NCBI GenBank assembly: GCA_041640635.1
Contig: JBEPZX010000012.1
Location: forward strand, 1 to 40,414
Reading direction: 5' to 3'
Source of the DNA: Aquificaceae bacterium
GTDB lineage: Bacteria; Aquificota; Aquificia; Aquificales; Aquificaceae
Length of the DNA: 40,414 bases
In this document: positions 37,764 through 40,414 of the stretch, piece by piece
Position numbering within the stretch: position 1 is the stretch's first letter
How the letters are laid out: every line of letters starts with the position of its first letter
Notes under the pieces: generated by a model
The model's input: the letters and a program-made list of their open reading frames with translations, nothing else
The model's database searches: none
What the model was told of the DNA's origin: nothing
Made by a program: the position numbers and the translations under genes

Positions 37764-39044
37764 ATGGGTATGACAATAACGGAAAAAATTTTGGCAGACC
37801 ATGCTGGAAAAAAGGAAGTAAGTCCAGGTGAGTTAATAACAGTAAAAGTAGACCTTGTCATGGCCAATGATGTTACAGCACCTTTGGCGATTAAGACTTT
37901 AGAAAAGTACGGTATAGATAAGGTTTTTGATCCAGAAAAGATTGCTTTGGTACTCTCTCACTTTGTACCTGCAAAAGACATTAAGTCTGCAGAACAAGCA
38001 AAGATAGTTAGGGACTTTGCAAAAAAACACAATATAAAGTGGTTTTTCCAAGAGGGTGAAGGAATAGAACACACCATACTACCAGAGGAAGGTATAGTAG
38101 TTCCAGGTGATTTGGTTGTAGGTGCCGACTCTCATACATGTACTTATGGGGGCATAGGAGCCTTCTCTACAGGTATGGGATCTACAGATATAGCTTATGC
38201 TATGGCAAAGGGAGAAACATGGCTCAAAGTGCCAGAGTCTATGAAGTTCATTTTTTACGGTAAACTCAGACCATGGGTTACGGGTAAAGACTTAATTTTG
38301 CACACAATAGGTCAGATAGGAGTGGACGGCGCTTTATACAAAGCTATGGAGTTTGAAGGCGAAGCTATAAGCGAACTTTCCATAGAGCAAAGGCTAACCA
38401 TAGCCAACATGGCTATAGAAGCGGGTGGCAAGAGTGGTATTATAGCACCAGACGAAAAAACCATAGAGTATGTATCTGCCAGAGCCAAAAAGCCTTGGAA
38501 AATATACAAAAGTGACAAAGATGCCAATTACAGCCAAGTCTTTGAATGGGATGCAAGCAAGATAGAGCCTTTAGTAGCATGGCCCTTCTTGCCATCCAAT
38601 GTGCATCCTGTTTCCGAGTCTACGCACATAACCATCGACCAAGCATTCATTGGTTCCTGTACCAATGGAAGAATAGAGGACTTAAGAGTTGCAGCTAAGA
38701 TACTAAAAGGTAAAAAGGTACATCCTTATGTGAGATGTATAGTCATACCAGCATCAAAGAGAGTTTATATGCAAGCTTTAAAAGAGGGATTGATAGACAT
38801 ATTCCTAGAAGCAGGATGCGCTGTATCTGTTTCTACCTGTGGTCCATGTTTGGGTGGACACATGGGAATATTGGCAGAGAAAGAACGTTGCATATCTACA
38901 TCTAACAGAAACTTCCCAGGAAGAATGGGACATCCAAAGAGTGAAGCTTACTTGGCAAATCCGGCTGTAGTTGCGGCTAGTGCAGTGCTTGGAAGGATAG
39001 CTCATCCAGAGGAAGTGGTAAGTGTGGAAGAAGTTTATGCGTGA
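37764..39044 (+). CDS. leuC: 3-isopropylmalate dehydratase large subunit (LeuC type 2/HacA-like)
   Basis: TITEKIL, GADSHTCTYG, NMAIEAG, GSCTNGR, CGPCLG, SNRNF.GRMG; GGAGG SD. Confidence 0.9.
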   Translation: MGMTITEKILADHAGKKEVSPGELITVKVDLVMANDVTAPLAIKTLEKYGIDKVFDPEKIALVLSHFVPAKDIKSAEQAKIVRDFAKKHNIKWFFQEGEGIEHTILPEEGIVVPGDLVVGADSHTCTYGGIGAFSTGMGSTDIAYAMAKGETWLKVPESMKFIFYGKLRPWVTGKDLILHTIGQIGVDGALYKAMEFEGEAISELSIEQRLTIANMAIEAGGKSGIIAPDEKTIEYVSARAKKPWKIYKSDKDANYSQVFEWDASKIEPLVAWPFLPSNVHPVSESTHITIDQAFIGSCTNGRIEDLRVAAKILKGKKVHPYVRCIVIPASKRVYMQALKEGLIDIFLEAGCAVSVSTCGPCLGGHMGILAEKERCISTSNRNFPGRMGHPKSEAYLANPAVVAASAVLGRIAHPEEVVSVEEVYA

Positions 39045-39496
39045 AATTCCTCGTGGATGCAGATTTAGAAAAGGTTGCTAAATGGTTAAGAATGTTAGGG
39101 CAAGACGTAAAAGTCTTGCCTGGAGCTATAAATAAAAGAGATATATTAAAAAATGCTGACAGAGTCTTTGTGACAACATCTAGAAAGTGGGAAACACATC
39201 TTAAATCTTGGAAAATAGATTACTTTATACTTCCAAAAGAAGGGTGGGAAACCCAACTCTGTATGTTAATAAAATTCTTTAAAATAGAACCAACTCCCAA
39301 ACTAGATAGATGTATATACTGCAATACAAAATTGGTAAACATAAATAGAGAAACAATAAAAGAAAAATTACCCTTACTTGTTTACCAATTTGCCTATGAT
39401 TTCACATTTTGCCCAAAATGCAACCACATATATTGGAAAGGATCTCATTACGAAAAGATAAAGAGAAAGTTAAAAGAAATCGTGAAAGCCTGCTAA
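39041..39496 (+). CDS. Mut7-C RNase domain (DUF82, PIN-like plus Zn ribbon) protein
   Basis: FLVD..L.K.AKWLRMLG.D, RCIYCN...CPKC...YWKGSH; GTG start overlaps the leuC stop. Confidence 0.85.
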   Translation: MKFLVDADLEKVAKWLRMLGQDVKVLPGAINKRDILKNADRVFVTTSRKWETHLKSWKIDYFILPKEGWETQLCMLIKFFKIEPTPKLDRCIYCNTKLVNINRETIKEKLPLLVYQFAYDFTFCPKCNHIYWKGSHYEKIKRKLKEIVKAC

Positions 39497-39539
39497 ATGT
39501 CATAAACTTTTAACTAACTCTGATAAAATAATAATTGCT

Positions 39540-40004
39540 ATGTTAGATGAAGTTCTTGTTGATAAGTTAAAAAACCATATCAACTATTTCCCACGTAAAG
39601 AGCAAGCCATACTCTTGTGCCTTCACGAAATACAAAATTACTATGGTCACATTCCACAAGAAAGTTTAGAAGACTTAGCCAATCTACTAGGAACACCATT
39701 GAGCCATGTGGAAAACGTAGTTTCTTTTTACGACATGTTCGACAGAGGAGAAAAGGCTAAACACAGGATAAGAGTCTGCGTAAGTTTGGTATGTGATCTA
39801 ATGAATAACAAAGCTCTAATAGAAGCGTTAAAAGACATACTAGGAGTAGATTTTGGACAAGTGACAAAGGATGGAAGATTTAAGATAATTCCAATGCAAT
39901 GTTTGGGAGCTTGTGCAGTAGCTCCTATGTTTATGATAGATGACGATACGTACAAATTTGAAAGTAAGGAGAAGTTAAATGAGATACTATCCCGTTACAC
40001 CTAA
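39540..40004 (+). CDS. nuoE: NADH-quinone oxidoreductase subunit E ([2Fe-2S])
   Basis: [31 protein letters not shown]. Confidence 0.9.
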   Translation: MLDEVLVDKLKNHINYFPRKEQAILLCLHEIQNYYGHIPQESLEDLANLLGTPLSHVENVVSFYDMFDRGEKAKHRIRVCVSLVCDLMNNKALIEALKDILGVDFGQVTKDGRFKIIPMQCLGACAVAPMFMIDDDTYKFESKEKLNEILSRYT

Positions 40005-40414
40005 CATATACGCAGAAACTACGTTAAATATGCTACTAATGAGAGCAAAAAGGCCAAAAGTTCACTCTATAGACGAATACTTAAAAGATGGAGGTTATCA
40101 ATCATTAGAAAAGGCTCTAAATATGGCTCCAGAAGAAATAATAGATTGGGTTGAAAAAAGTAAACTTAGAGGTAGAGGTGGTGCAGGATTTCCTACAGGT
40201 ACTAAATGGAAATTTGCAGTAAAAAATCCAGGTCCAAGATACCTAATATGCAATGCTGACGAGTCCGAACCTGGAACCTTCAAAGATAGGATCCTAATAG
40301 AGAGGGATCCACATTTGCTAATAGAGGGTATGATAATATCCGCTTACGCAATAGGTGCAAACGAAGCCTTCATATACATAAGGGGAGAGTATCCTGCTGG
40401 CTATTATATGCTAA
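39979..40414 (+). CDS. nuoF: NADH-quinone oxidoreductase subunit F (5' part, truncated by the window; not in the ORF track)
   Basis: Hand translation [20 protein letters not shown]...[15 protein letters not shown]...[14 protein letters not shown]...YIRGEY; AAGGAG SD at 39966-39971; overlaps the nuoE end. Confidence 0.93.
   Translation, partial: MRYYPVTPNIYAETTLNMLLMRAKRPKVHSIDEYLKDGGYQSLEKALNMAPEEIIDWVEKSKLRGRGGAGFPTGTKWKFAVKNPGPRYLICNADESEPGTFKDRILIERDPHLLIEGMIISAYAIGANEAFIYIRGEYPAGYYML

Overview
A densely packed, mostly housekeeping chromosomal segment from an Aquificaceae bacterium (Hydrogenobacter/Thermocrinis/Aquifex-like). The assignment rests on the five-subunit porEDABG pyruvate:ferredoxin oxidoreductase, PspA metal-independent phosphoserine phosphatase, an Fdx4-type thioredoxin-like [2Fe-2S] ferredoxin, a signal-peptide-bearing ATP synthase c subunit, and an rpmH-yidD-yidC cluster lacking rnpA. 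About 46 CDS are present: argF, nadC, glgA, rfaE2, nusB-ribH-panC, purN, xth, mreBCD-mrdA, relA/spoT, TPR-exbB-exbD-ydcF, ispF, dprA, rluB, rtcA, hldD, atpBE, leuC, nuoEF and others. I added rpmH (36422-36565), partial nuoF and a partial gene at the left edge, none of which are in the ORF track. I saw no rRNA, tRNA, CRISPR array or mobile element. The most unusual items are: (1) an orphan gene at 271-981 fusing an excisionase/MerR-like HTH, a hydrophobic membrane hairpin and an acidic tail of tandem DW(D/S)SSS repeats, a candidate membrane-tethered regulator; (2) an NtrC/NtrX-like regulator that has lost the GAFTGA loop and the Walker B glutamate; (3) a periplasmic triheme cytochrome apparently built from duplicated helical domains; (4) a recurrent -10 box 6-10 nt before SD-less start codons, suggesting widespread leaderless transcription. 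All calls come from reading the sequence and recalled family motifs; no searches were run.
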